The notes beneath the pieces were generated by a model, which saw only the letters and a program-made list of their open reading frames with translations, ran no database searches and was not told the DNA's origin. DNA of 64,000 bases from positions 3,038,001 through 3,102,000 of the forward strand of contig JAMWBK010000005.1 of NCBI GenBank assembly GCA_029953675.1, given 5' to 3'. A program made the position numbers and the translations under genes. Every line of letters begins with the position of its first letter. Position 1 is the stretch's first letter. This document shows, in pieces, positions 13,846 to 25,845 of this stretch. Source of the DNA: Rhodosorus marinus CCMP1338 (lineage: Eukaryota; Plantae; Rhodophyta).

Positions 13846-15452
13846 ATGAGCGGGTGGAATGCCGATCCGCGGTCCAGCCAAGGAAGTGCGTTTGGTCAAG
13901 CTGGCTCGTTGCAGAAGAAAGTGATTCAATTGCTGGTCTGTTGATATGAACGCAAAGTCATCTTCGTAAGCCGCCCGACGCTGAATCGTTTTGAGTGTTT
14001 TTTCTTATTGTAAAGAGGGAAGCGAAGATCTATCCGCCTCAGCAGGAAAGGAGAATCGTTGGAGAGGTCAGCAGCACGATAAGACAGTACCCTTCGCTTT
14101 TTCCGGAGCTCGCCATGTACTCTCTGAAAACTGGAAAGCAGGTCCGGTTGCTGAGACTTATGGGCACGATTCCCATACGCTACATGGGGAGCCCGTACAA
14201 CATTCCCATTTCAATCTGGATTACAGAGTACTTCCCAAACAAGTGCCCCTTATGCTACGTAGAAATCCTGGAAGGCATGGCTGTACCTCGTGGTCATAAG
14301 CATGTAGACGTGAGAGGCATGGTATACCACCCGTACTTGCACCGTTGGCAAGCCCAAAGGGACAATATTGCTGCGCTCGTGTTCGAGCTTTGTGCTATGT
14401 TCAGCAGGGCGCCCCCACTCTTCAAAAAGAAAAGACCGCTCCGAGCGGACGAGCGGAAGAAGTAAGCATCCTGCATATGTGCAAGTGTTTGAGTAGCGAA
14501 TTTTGGGCACCTTAAGCTAAGTATAGTTTGAGTGCTTACAATACCCACCGTATCCTTCTGTAGACTTCTAGTGCAGCAGGTCACGGAAGAGGCTGCCAAA
14601 CGAATGAATGAACCGTCGGCCAGGGACAAGAGCACCTTTCATTCGAGAATGGAGGAGAGAGCGAGACTTGAAGAGGTGTCGCAAGAGCTATTGAAGGGTA
14701 CACACCACGATGAGCGATTGCTTCTTAGATTTGATTAGTAACCTTGCGCAATGGCGAAACTAATTTTTCAAGTCGTATTGCATGTGAACCAACACAGAGC
14801 TTTCGAACCTCAACATGGAGAACATGTCATCAGTGCAAAGAATAGAAACCTTGAAGGCAGAAAACAGGAGTTTGGAAGCTTGGGTTGAGGACAATAAGGT
14901 GCGGTAGTCGAATGCCATTCCGGAGCTTCGGCCTCTTGTTCTTTACGGTTGTGCTGTGGAGCAAGTGCTGATTTCCTTGGATTGTGTTGTTGCATTAGGA
15001 ACCGAAGAATGTGGATAGTTTGCTTAAGGCACCGAGCATTCCACAACAGCAGGTAATGGCTCAGAACCCACAGTCGCGAAGAAGTAGTACAGGGTGCAGG
15101 AGAGGGGTAATTTCTCACGTACTTGTATCTGTTTGTTGTCTTCTTGAAAACAGCTGTTGAACTGCCTTGCGAAGAATCGAGCGTATCAGGATGTCCTAGA
15201 CGCGCTAGACGATGGCATAAGCGCGGAGGCAATAAGTGTGGGGAGCTACTTGAAGGTAAGAATCACGTATACCACGGAAAACTACCGGAACATGCCGCGG
15301 AGCAGTCGGACTCAGGTAGGGGCTTTTGTTTCTTTGTGGTTATTCCATAGGAGATTGAAAGAATTGGGCGACTTCAGTTTTTCGAAAGAGCGCACCAAAG
15401 GAGAATCAAGCTGTACATTGCAGAACAGGAAAGAACTTCAGATGCCACGTGA
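13846..15452 (+). CDS. VPS23: ESCRT-I subunit TSG101/Vps23 (UEV, coiled coil and SB core)
   Basis: First exon 13846-13935 spliced to 14016. UEV motifs 'GTIPIRY.G.PYNIPISIW' and 'HVD..G.VYHPYL..W'. Coiled-coil exons follow, then the last exon 'RLQFFERA'. Stop at 15450-15452. Confidence 0.9.
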
Positions 15453-15881
15453 ACCATCCACTGCCAAAGCGACCTAACTCTCTGGGTATACTACCCGATC
15501 CCGGGAAACCTCTGAATCTCTGGGAGTCGTCAAATATGAACCTGACCTGAGGCTGTTGGGGGAGGATGCAAAGATGACACACCTACAAACTTCTGCATAC
15601 GAGATCCTTAAGGCACGTGTCAGACTGACTATCAGATGGTCTAGCCCTGGAAGGGAAGAAGCTGAAGATGCAAATACGGATGATGAACTCCTCAGAACTG
15701 CCATAAACTATTGACTCATGGAAGGTATGTTTCTGACACCCATCGCGGAAAAAATCTCGTGGAGGTGAAGCGAATAGAATTTACATGTCGCGGAGACACG
15801 AGGAGATAGAGACAGTAAGAAATACAAGTTAAGAAGAAAACAGACCACAGTCGCTTTAACCGGTACCTTGTCGAAAGCTAG

Positions 15882-17129
15882 TTAGGATTCATTATCATCA
15901 TTGTCCAAGAGCCTGACCACAGAGCCGCTTGCTGTTGGGATGACCTCTACAACGTTGGAACCCACCATCTGCTTGACATGGAAGGACGCATCAAAGCAGG
16001 ACTTTCGTATTTGGGATGTTTCTAAAGCGCTGCGAAAAAAGCCAGCACGCCAGCCAAGGAATGAGGAACTATCAGATACCTCATAAAAGTCAGTTCAGAT
16101 GGGATTCAAGCCAGAGCTTTCCGATCCTACCTCAACATTAGCTCGTTGTACTCCTGCCTCCTCAACTTCTGGGTGAGCTCCTTTGAACCGTCTCGTACAT
16201 TCTTCCAGAATCGCCCCCAGGATGGAACTGAGAAGTTAAAGCTGCCTTCATCGCTCGCCACTCGTACTGCAAACCCTAATCTCAAAATCGCCGAAGTCAT
16301 TTCCATTGACTGCTTGACACGGGAAGGGTGTAGGCTATGCCTAAGCTCCTCCTTGGCTATGGACTTCTGACGGTAGGTCGGGACAGTGTGGTCTCGAAAG
16401 CGACGTAGAGCTAAGTCATCCAGCGTATCCTTCTTACAGCTACGGAGCTTCATATCAATGCATTCAATGTAATCGTCAGTTGTGACCACCGCAATATCAT
16501 CCTTGATCAAAACTGCTTTGAGCAATCGCACTTCTCCAATGGCTCTCATTAATTCCTGAGAGGAACAGCAACACCATCACGGCATTCGTTCAGCGCTTCG
16601 AAGCACAGAAGATTCTTGGGACGCGTGAGCGACTGCCCACCAGATGCTTGTCAACCTCGGACCTTTCTCGAAGGCTAGCGTATAGTTGACTCCGGAGAAC
16701 TATTGGAGGAAGACCACCAAGAGCTCGAATCTGTAGTTTGCTCCTTGACCGTAGACTTTCGAAGGCGATCTCAGCATCGCTCGGGAGCTCTACCGCATCC
16801 ACTAGGCTCACGTGTGCAACGAAGGATATCAGTGGGTGCTCGTGGAGATCAACCAAGCCATACCATGGGTTCTCGTGCGACTTACATGGATCTAGTGAAT
16901 CTGTTGAACCGTTAAGACCAGCTTCGAGCTGATCGCCGTTCTCGATTTCCTCGACGCTTCTTCGACGAATTTTTGACCTCCTCAACTCGCTCACTCTCGC
17001 AGTCAAAGAAGACGAACCTGCACTGGACGCCACCAACGTCGTCTGAGTCATTGGTCTGTCAATAAATAGATCGTCTCCTCCTCCGCTCTCCTCTCGAACT
17101 CTCCTCCTCCTTCCATTTCCTCGCTCCAT
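15882..17129 (-). CDS. STK19: STK19 family winged-helix protein
   Basis: Exons 17129-16641, 16555-16131, 16029-15882. Motifs 'LPPIVLRSQLY..L.ERSEVDK.L', 'VVTTDDY', 'F.FSVP..G.F' and 'IRKS....FHV..MVG..VVE.IPTASG'. Confidence 0.8.
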
Positions 17130-17451
17130 CCCTCTTCAGAACTACTCTTCACTGCCAAACCTCAGACAGGTTACCCTCTGAGCTGTTACAGCTCACATCG
17201 CTAAGTAGCTCTATTCAATTTCCAACGTCTTGCATCCCGTAAAAGCGAAGTCTGTACCCTTCGGAACTCCCAATCGCATGCTAAGCTTGCTAGGTAGCAC
17301 TTGAAGACAGAGGCACTGTCACAGCGCTCAGCTGGAAGAGCGAATGTCAGAATATATTGTCCCAACGCCAAGTAGAAACGTTGAACTTTTGGGACAAAAA
17401 CAGATGATATTGGGACAGCGAAAGAGTAAGATTCATTGGGTTTCTGCTCGG

Positions 17452-17822
17452 TAGCCTTAGAGAAAGGTCCGAGGTTGACAAGCATCTGGTAGGTAGTCGC
17501 TACACGCGTCCCAAGAATCTGCTGGTACTTCGAAGCGCTGAACGAATGCCGTGATGGTGTTGCTGTTCCTCTCAGGAATCAATGAGAGCCATTGGAGAAG
17601 TGCGATTGCTCAAAGCAGTTTTGATCAAGGATGATATTGCGGTGGTCTTTCGAGACCACACTGTCCCGACCTACCGTCAGAAGTCCATAAACCAAGGGGG
17701 AGCTTAGGCATGGCCTACACCCGTCCCGTGTCAAGAAGTCAATGGAAATGACTTCGGCGATTTGGAAATTAGGGTTTGCCGTACGTGTCGCGAGGATGAT
17801 GGCAGCTTCAGCTTTCTCTAGT
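17452..17822 (+). pseudogene. Inverted partial duplicate of STK19 (16225-16677), intron retained, with an 84-nt internal deletion
   Basis: 17461 agaaaggtccgaggttgacaagcatctgg...ctcaggaatcaatgagagccattggagaagtgcgattgctcaaagcagttttgatcaaggatgatattgcggtggtc|tttcgagaccacactg... is the reverse complement of 16225-16677 with 16400-16483 missing. Confidence 0.9.
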
Positions 17823-18261
17823 GTGCCAACCTCAGCGATGCTAAAGGGATGATCCTCTATTTAGTTTGCCTGCATGATCGTCCGGCACCGAGTGGTCCAA
17901 AGCTTTTCGCTAGAGCTACTGAGGGGCGAAACCACTCGTACAAGGTCTCCAGTACCACTCGAGTCCAGAAGATATCCTCTGTCGGGGAGGAGGAGGGGGG
18001 TTTTCACTACTGTATGGGCGAATCTATGAGCGAATAATACAGTGATCGACGATATTGATCGTTGAACTTTTCATAGGCTCAACTTCAGCGCGAGTTGAGT
18101 CGGTCGTGACCGACCGCACAATACAGATCAGTCTACAGTCTTTTGTTACAATAACATGGGGAAAACCTCACTCAGAGCTGTGGCGCTCCTCGTTGCATAA
18201 TTAGCAGCTAAATCGTGTGTGGAAGTCCTCCACTGAGTCGCGGCATTCGACAATCAACTCA

Positions 18262-18590
18262 TTCATCAGTTTCCTGCTCTTCCTCTCTCCCGTCCAGGTA
18301 AGAACCTTCCTGTTCTTCCTCCCTCCCGTCCGGGTCTGAACCATTCTGTTCTTCCTCCCTCCCGTCCGGGTCTGAACCATTCTGTTCTTCCTCCCTCCCG
18401 TCCGGGTCTGAACCATTCTGTTCTTCCTCCCTCCCGTCTGGGACATGACCTCCTTGTTCTTCCTCCCTCACGTCCGGGTCATGTCCTCTTCGTTCCTCCT
18501 CTCTCCCGTCTGGGTCATGACCCCCCTGTTCCTCCTCTCTCCCGTCTGGGTCATGACCTCACTGTTCTTCCTCTCTCCATTCCTGGTCCC
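18262..18590 (-). repeat. 36-nt tandem repeat (about 9 units) encoding G(H/S)DPDGREEEQx
   Basis: The unit ttcttcctccctcccgtccgggtctgaaccattctg is repeated nearly perfectly, with diverged flanking units. Confidence 0.95.
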
Positions 18591-20630
18591 AGCTGACTGA
18601 TCTCGGCAGGTCACTTGCGTTCAAATGACCATCTAGTACTTCCTTCCTCTCCCTCAGCGACTTGAACATAAACGAAAATGGACCGTTCTCCTGGTTGTAT
18701 GGCGGTTTATATATGAACATTTCCTTATACTTCTGCCCCTCCTCTTGCAGTCTTTCAATTTCCTTCATATCCAACGCCTCCAAGAAACCCTCCAGCTTGT
18801 CAGCAAAGCTATAATCAAGCATGATGCTGAACTTTCGGTAATCCACATACTCCTGCCAAGGATGCTTCGTCTTCTCAGACAAGAACACTGGAACACATCC
18901 TGTTCAGACAGAAAGCGAGAAAAAGCCAAAACACCGGCAACGAGGTCTTAAACGTTCAGAACCGTTTTTTTGTTTTTTTGAGCGAGTTTTTGTATAGCCA
19001 ATTCTCAGTTATGCCTTCTTAAAGCTCGCTTCCATACCTGAATAAAGAGCTTCCCAAACACGACCAGTCCAACCCACAACGCCTGGAGGCCCTATACAGA
19101 ATATCGTCTGATGAAGGATGTAGTTGTACTCCATTCGATTTTCGAGACGCTCGAGAATATGCTTTTCTGGATGTTTATAGTTTTTCTTGTCCGTCAAAGT
19201 CTTTCTTATTCCTGGCTTTCTCATGTCAAAATCGAGCGTTCCCGCGAAGTAGATCTATGTTGATGAAGACGAGGAGAACTTGTCAGCTATTCAGAATAGG
19301 ACAGAATTCTCGCTAAGGCCCGCAGAAGTTACCATGTACCTCCGCTTGGAGCTCTTGGGTACATCATAGTCTTCACCAAGGGACTTGTAATCTATATAAG
19401 CGGGCATGACAATATCCTTTTTCAAGTCGAAGCAACCACTGTCGTCCCAGTCGCCGAATGCGCTCAATACTACCGACTGCTTGAGCACAGGTGGCTGACC
19501 TGGTTGTGTTTTTGATGACGCGAGAGAGAGTGAGAGCAGGTTTAGGATCTTCGTGAGAGAACGCAACGTGGATGTTGGGCATTTCCAGAGACGATGTCCA
19601 AGTCTGAAAAGACATATCTCCGTACCAACAATGAGTTGTTCCTTCAGCTTTTCCTCCATGGCGAAGCGCACACATCCGCCAAAGTCATGGCTAAACGGAA
19701 CGACGAATCTTCCAGTCCAGTTCCTCCCGGGTGCGTGTCTATCCAGTAAATTCATCGTCTGATTGAAAAGCAAGCTGAGAACTGCCATCGTATCTGTTGC
19801 TCTCTGGTCGATTGCGCCATAGCAACTAAATGAAAAGCACAAGTACTCCTTAATCAGCGGATGGTATCCAAGCCAAAGCTCTCCACTCCCATCCGTACAC
19901 AATAGGGCCTCTTCAACCTACCCGGAAGAGTAGAAATAGCAATACTGAAAGTATGGAATGAAGATGAAGTCTGCCTCCATGGGATGAACGTCTGAGAACA
20001 CTTCTCTCATAAATAGTGACAATCTCTTATCCCAACATCCCAAGTTATTGTCGCACTCTTTACCGACTGTCAAGCAGTTCAGGGCATATCGATCGATCGG
20101 TGAGACCCAGATTTTCAGACCCCTTGCAATGTTCCTTGCTGCATCCAGCTCTTCTTTAGTGCCTGGTTTGAGGTAGTTTATCATGCAAAGTCAGTATGAT
20201 GGACACCTTAGCGTCGCTGAAAGAGGCTCGCACCCAATATCCTGCTCTTTCCGGGAATTATTTGATCAATGAGACGCGAGATGGACTGGTTTGCCATTCG
20301 CGTGGGTCTCATCCGGTATGTCAGCATCGCTTCTATATTCTCTGGTAGTAATTGTGGGCGTTCCCACTTCTTGCCTGCATCCGCTGCAGTAAACTTCTTT
20401 AGTCCCAAAACCCGAGCATTTACAAGCTCTGGTACATCCGGTGCTATATCCAATCCACCCTGTATCCGTGAGAGCGCTCTTCGAGCCGTTCTCGCAAGAG
20501 TCATGAAGAGGAGAGCGCCAAAGAGAACGCCAAGGAGGAGGACCGCAATGGCTCTCAACATTCCTGGAATCTTTCCACCATTAAACGCTCGACTCCTCTG
20601 GAGCGATTTCTTCCACTTACGTACTAACAT
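18559..20630 (-). CDS. Exostosin-family (GT47) glycosyltransferase, type II membrane protein
   Basis: Multi-exon gene built from ORFs 20208-20726, 19918-20184, 19291-19902, 19009-19224 and 18559-18888. N-terminal TM helix, 'EADFIFIPYF', 'KDIVMP', 'FCIGPPG...WTGRVWEALYSGCVPV' and 'PWQEYVDY'. The start could be 20630 or 20561. Confidence 0.85.
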
Positions 20631-22257
20631 CGCGAAACTCAAAAAGGAAAAGTTCCAAGGTGCACTTTTCCAAACGCAGCAAACTTGACACTCAAAAGAA
20701 ATCAGAAGAGCCTCATCCCACCTCAAAAATTCGTCACGACTAATTCTAAACTCCCCTACATTTGGATAGAAAACCCCCCACCAAACACTGAGTCGTATTG
20801 CCTTTTCACGAACCCCCGCTTCTAAACTCCATAAGCTTCTTCATCCTTCTCCTCCACATCCTCCACATGGCACCCACTACTCAATCTCATTGTTCTGCTT
20901 CTGCAAAGGTTTTTCCTTACTCTAAGGGTCTTCATTTGCATAAATAACAGTTCAGACGTCCGAAAACCCTGTTAACCTAAAGTTTACCATACAAACCACG
21001 AATCCCATTGTCTCCTTCCTCCTCCTCATCCCGAAATCTCCATCGAAGGCAACGGCGATGGCTACGGAATACTGAACTTTTATTCATTCGTTTGATAAAA
21101 AAACAAAGAATTGTAAGAATGGTACTAGGCACGCATCAGTTTTAGTACACGATAGTGCTCTATAGTATCCCATAGTACTCCAGTTCGAGTACGATAGGCA
21201 ATGGTTTGATGTCAATCATCATCGTCAGGTCAGAGCAGTCCCTTGAACCCAGACGCTGCTAGAAACAGACCCCGTAACTTGGATTTCGGTACTCGACGGC
21301 TTGTCACGGTGAACGCCGAGAATGGACATCGGCAACCTGTGGCGGGGTGGGAGGGGGTAAGAGACCGCTCTGCCTAGTGGACCGCTGGGTCCCTCTCCAC
21401 GCTAACCAGTGTCAGTTCTCAGTTGTTTTCTGTGGTCTATCCAGGCTGAATTGCTGATTCAGCGCCGTGATTTGCGTGTTACGAAAGCTGGGTCTAGTTT
21501 TTTAGTTTTTGGTCCCTCCTCGGTTTACTGGATGAGTTAGAAACGCCGGGTTTTGTGCTCTAGGGAATGTAGGGGACTTAGGCTTCTTCCAAGCCGTTTT
21601 TTCCTTTGTTCTGAGAGCCATCCAATCCGTTTCCCCACCGCAATGTCCGATTTCAAGGAAGCCGTCGCGCGATGCAGTCGTGTACGGTGCCGACGATGGT
21701 CGCTGGCCAGCTTCCGCAAGGCTGTCATAGTTTTACCCGTTAGTCTTCCATACACCTCAAAAGGCAACACGTGGAATAATCTGCGTCGGAGACGGCGTTC
21801 CTGTACTCCTTGATTTTTCCTCTAGGCGAAGCTCTCCCAGAACACGGGGAGAACGGCTTGGAAGCCTTAGTAGCTGTAGCTGTCCTTCTCAATAGGCTAG
21901 CTTCCCTCTCACTAAACTCATCAGTCCACCGTATCAAAACAGGTTATTCAGGGCCAAAATAACCCGTAGTGCGTCCAGCCGGGGCTGCTGACTATCCAGT
22001 AAATCAGAGGCGGGAGTCCTTTCCATTTTGGCACAACTCTCTCTCGACTTATCAAATATCAATAATTTATAATATTAATACTATATAAATATTCCTTAAT
22101 TCATATAGTATAACATTTAAACAATATATGTGATATATTCAATATACGGCAATAGAGATGTGACCCCTCGATCCATCTTATCCTTCGATACTGTATATAG
22201 CATAAAATTTGTTTGGAAATCATATAGTAGTATTGGGAGAATAGTTGTATGTACGGT

Positions 22258-23150
22258 TGTCATAGACCGTCCGAAAACGCATTTTCGTGAATTCAGTATT
22301 GAAAACTATTAGAAAATTCTTCTGTACGAATTATTGACCTAACCGGTCTGATTTCTGGTCCGATAAAACGATCGATATTCAATCAACATAAGTCTAGAAA
22401 TCAATATCTCTGTAATTACATATTGAATTATGATTATTTCTTAGCAGGTAACGCAATGCTGTATTGAATTAAGATTATTTCTGCTGCATTCATACAGGCT
22501 GTCCTCTAAAATCTAATAGTTTTTCAGAATGCTCAAAACAGACGGGGGAATGCCTATGCTGTAAACTACGAACCAAGCGGTCTTGGTCATCATCATCATC
22601 ATCATCATTCTAATCGGAGGCCATGGTCCCCGAATGAGGTGCTCCAGGAGGGGAGTAGAAAGCGCGCCCCCAAAACTAGGGTAGCACTACAACGCCAGAG
22701 AGTCAGACTCAAAGAAAAATACAGTCGGCAAAGAGCATCAGGGCGGTCACGAAAACACTCCCGCAATGAAGCACCCCCGGCGCTACTTAAGAACCCAAGG
22801 ATCTCAATGGCAAGTGGAACCAACCGATAAGCGAGCGCAGACTGCAAAACCTCAGCGCCGGTTAGCGCCTCCGTGTAGGCTTAACTCCGTATGCCTTAGT
22901 CAATGTCCCCAAAGAAGAAGATTGATTCTCAGTCAATCAATATTTGTCGTTGATTGACGACAGTGTCGGACGCCAATCGGTCATTATCGGACAATTACCA
23001 TTATTTATTTTAAATTCAGGTCCAATAACCTTCTATCGAACACGAGTCAGAAATAAACTATTAAATTATTACCTAATTTCAGGTCTGATAAGCTTTTATC
23101 GTACAGTCTGATATTTATCGGACAATATTTTCTACCAGACGGAAATGACA
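22258..23150. mobile_element. Degenerate MITE-like element with TGTCAT termini (about 890 bp)
   Basis: Left end TGTCATagaccGTCCGAaaa, right end ttatcggaca...ccagacggaaATGACA. GTCCGA motifs lie on the left and TCGGAC motifs on the right, facing inward. No TSD seen. Confidence 0.35.
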
Positions 23151-23349
23151 GCCTTAGTTCTTTTTTCAGATGATAGCGTATATAGTGTGAGTATTGGGGG
23201 TATTCGGCTAAGCGGGAAGGTGATGAAAAGAGGGTTTGGGGGTGTTTCGGATCGGAATGGGAGAATTTGGTACGGAAAGAGACGTTTTTGGGTGTGTGTG
23301 TTTTTTGCGTGGTATAGGCTTTAGTGTGTAGATATTAAGTGTTCTAAGT

Positions 23350-24387
23350 ATGGTGAAGAAAGCAGCTGAACACGATGGGTTGACCCCCGAGGAGAGGGAG
23401 TTGATGGAGGAGGCGAAGCGGTTGAAGGAAAAGGGGGTGGGGCATTTGAGGAGAACTGAGAGTTCTAGGACGAATCGTGTGGTTCCGAGTGCGCTAAGAC
23501 ATTCTCATGGATGTGATATTGTGAAGAAGAATACGCCGAAGAAGTTGAAGTATCTGGTTTGTTTCCCGGGTGCGGTTTCGTTGCCGCAGGAGGGAAAAAT
23601 CGGAGAAATTCAGGGGCTTCACACGCCGCTGCCGTCTTTGGCGATTGAGTATAAGACTTTTAAGGTCATTCTACGCGGGACCTTTGTACAGCCGAAGAAC
23701 GCAGTCTTCACAATGAAAGGTGCAAGCGCCCTGAAGGGCTCGGTACTCATAAGAGACGTCTTTCAAGCACTTCTCGTCTTCTCTGAGTGGGAAATCGAAG
23801 GAAAGGAAGGCTTCGAGTCCAGCGCAGGCGAACACTTGCTATGGAAGTCTCCCGAACAGAAGGAAGATCCCGTTGAGGATACCGAGGCGAAGGAAGAAGT
23901 CAAAGATATCGTCGACGTTGACGTCGATATCCAGCGATCGAATGTCGAACAAACATCTCGACCGGCACCAGCATCGGTAAGCGTTCCAACCCATGGATAT
24001 ATCTTATACAGAGAAACAAGCGTACTCGGATGTACTCACTTGCTTGTATGCCATGCTTCTCGCAGCCTATGATCGTTGACGGGATGACCCAAGACACCCA
24101 GGCGACGGTATTAATGTCATAGAATGCTCGATCTTCCCTAGGCACTGCAGTCTGCTAATCAGGTCTTGTGTACGCTTGTCCTTGTCTTCCAGGTCGTTTC
24201 TCCCGAGAGGGCAACGGCAGAGGTGCCAGTTCGAAGCAGCAGAAGACAGAGCTCAAGAGATGCGACGGAGAGAATGCGAGCAGGTGAAAAAAAGCATACG
24301 CCGGACGGGTCGGAGGATGAGGACTTGGAAGAGGAAATGGACGAAGAAGAAGACGATGACGATGACGACGAAGACGTTGAATACTAA
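23350..24387 (+). CDS. RHL1: RHL1 (ROOT HAIRLESS1)-like topoisomerase VI accessory subunit
   Basis: Exons 23350-23976 and 24193-24387. 'G.DIVKK...K..YL..FPG', 'GKIGEI..L.T..P.L', 'L.GTFV.PKN', and 'D.F..L.VFSE...G' match plant RHL1. Acidic C-terminal tail. Confidence 0.8.
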
Positions 24388-24447
24388 GATTTTTTTAAAG
24401 GGAGAGACGATCAACTAAGATTTTTTTAAAGGAGAGAGACGATCAAC
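24384..24447. repeat. Tandem duplication of about 31 bp at the RHL1 stop codon
   Basis: ctaagatttttttaaagggagagacgatcaa followed by ctaagatttttttaaaggagagagacgatcaa. Confidence 0.8.
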
Positions 24448-24873
24448 TGGATTGTCGTATATAGAATGCTCTCATTGAATGAGGCTTGTGGCAGAGAACT
24501 GTTGAATGGATCGATGAAGGGGATCGAGGCCTGAGCCTGAACGACGAAGACTACATCCGTATTACTTACAGAGAAACACTCCATGGCTCGCGTGAAATGC
24601 GTTTGAAATTCAGCAATCGGACAAACAGAGAGAGGAGCTCTTGTCTTTCGCAGCGGCCATCTCGGTTGTTCTTGACAGCAAAGTATGTTTAGTCTGGCAT
24701 CAGCGTTGCTAATCAACAAACTGGGATTTGCAAAACCCCTCAACTAGGCGCAGAGAGGAGTCAAGGAAACGGAAATTGTAGAATCTAAGACTAGCTATAC
24801 GTCAGCTGGTAAATCAAGAATTGTATCTATTTATGTTTCTACATTTTCGTTTGAAGTCTTACGTGGAGATCGC

Positions 24874-25390
24874 TCAGCTTTTCGCCGCGCCCTTCTCCTT
24901 GGCGTCGGGGCTCTTATGGATGTATTCTATCGTTTCCTTAACTGTCTTTAGCTTATCTGCATCCTCATCTGACATTACCAAATCGAACTCTTCCTCGACT
25001 GCCATGAGTAGCTCCACGGTGTCGAGACTGTCCAGCTTCAGATCGTTTGCAAAGTGCGATTCCACCGTGAGCTTATCATCATCAATCTAGGAGGGTCCAA
25101 AATCAGAAGGATAAACGTTTTGAGTTGTGCTAACTCGCACATTCCAATCCCCACCGCGCTCAAAAGAAATTGTGACTCACGCTTTCAAAGTTCCTCATCA
25201 CGTTCATGACTCTCTCCTCAACCTCAGCCACTTCCAACGACCAGATCCTACTACTATGAAACGCTCTCAATAACATGCCCTTCTCAAATCTCTCCTTATC
25301 CACTATGCCCATCGAACCCAACCTTCCACAACCGACCCGCGACATCATCGCGCGAGCCGGCATTCCTCTCGACAAAGCAACTCTTATCAT
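24874..25390 (-). CDS. mtACP: Mitochondrial acyl carrier protein
   Basis: Exons 25390-25181 and 25086-24874. Arg-rich presequence, phosphopantetheine site 'DLKLDSLDTVELLMAVEEEF', and 'DADKLKTV'. Confidence 0.92.
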
Positions 25391-25610
25391 CCCGCTCGTC
25401 ACTCGCTTCCTTCTCCAACAACAACAGAAACGCTGTTGATAGGTTTCTTCAAATAAGTAATCTAAAAAGATCACTATCAATCTGTCAATCTCATTCAAAA
25501 GCAAAGACGACTAGTAGTCACCTCCACCTTCCGCCTTCCGCCTTCCGCCCACAGAGCCTATCCTTTCAACCCAATGCGCTCTTCCACATCGATGGCGACC
25601 TTTTTTTCTT

Positions 25611-25845
25611 TGTCATATTTTGTCCGATAAATTCTTAGTACAAGCTTTAGTACATATCTTAGTACGTATCATATCCAATAAAAGAAGACAATTCGACAAG
25701 TATGAACGAAAATCTTTGAACAAATTTGTCCGATAAACGTGCTAAATAGGACAGGTATTTTAAAATATTTTCGCTCAAGAGCTAAGATATTTTCTTCTTT
25801 TATTCAATAATATGTGCACTTGCTATTTATCGGACATTTATGACA
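25611..25845. mobile_element. MITE-like element of about 235 bp with TIRs TGTCAT...TGTCCGATAA
   Basis: Left TGTCATATTTTGTCCGATAAAT; right end reverse-complements to TGTCATAAATGTCCGATAAAT. AT-rich interior. An inverted diverged copy lies at 29509-29735. Confidence 0.7.

Noticed and set aside
13942-13944. In-frame TGA in the first part of VPS23 (possible selenocysteine or readthrough)
   Set aside because: It falls inside an intron (GTCTGT donor at 13936 to the AG at 14015), and splicing gives a sensible LQKKVIQLL-REAKIY junction.
18262-18590. CRISPR-like array
   Set aside because: The 36-nt units are directly tandem with no unique spacers, they encode a peptide repeat, and the context is eukaryotic with no cas genes.
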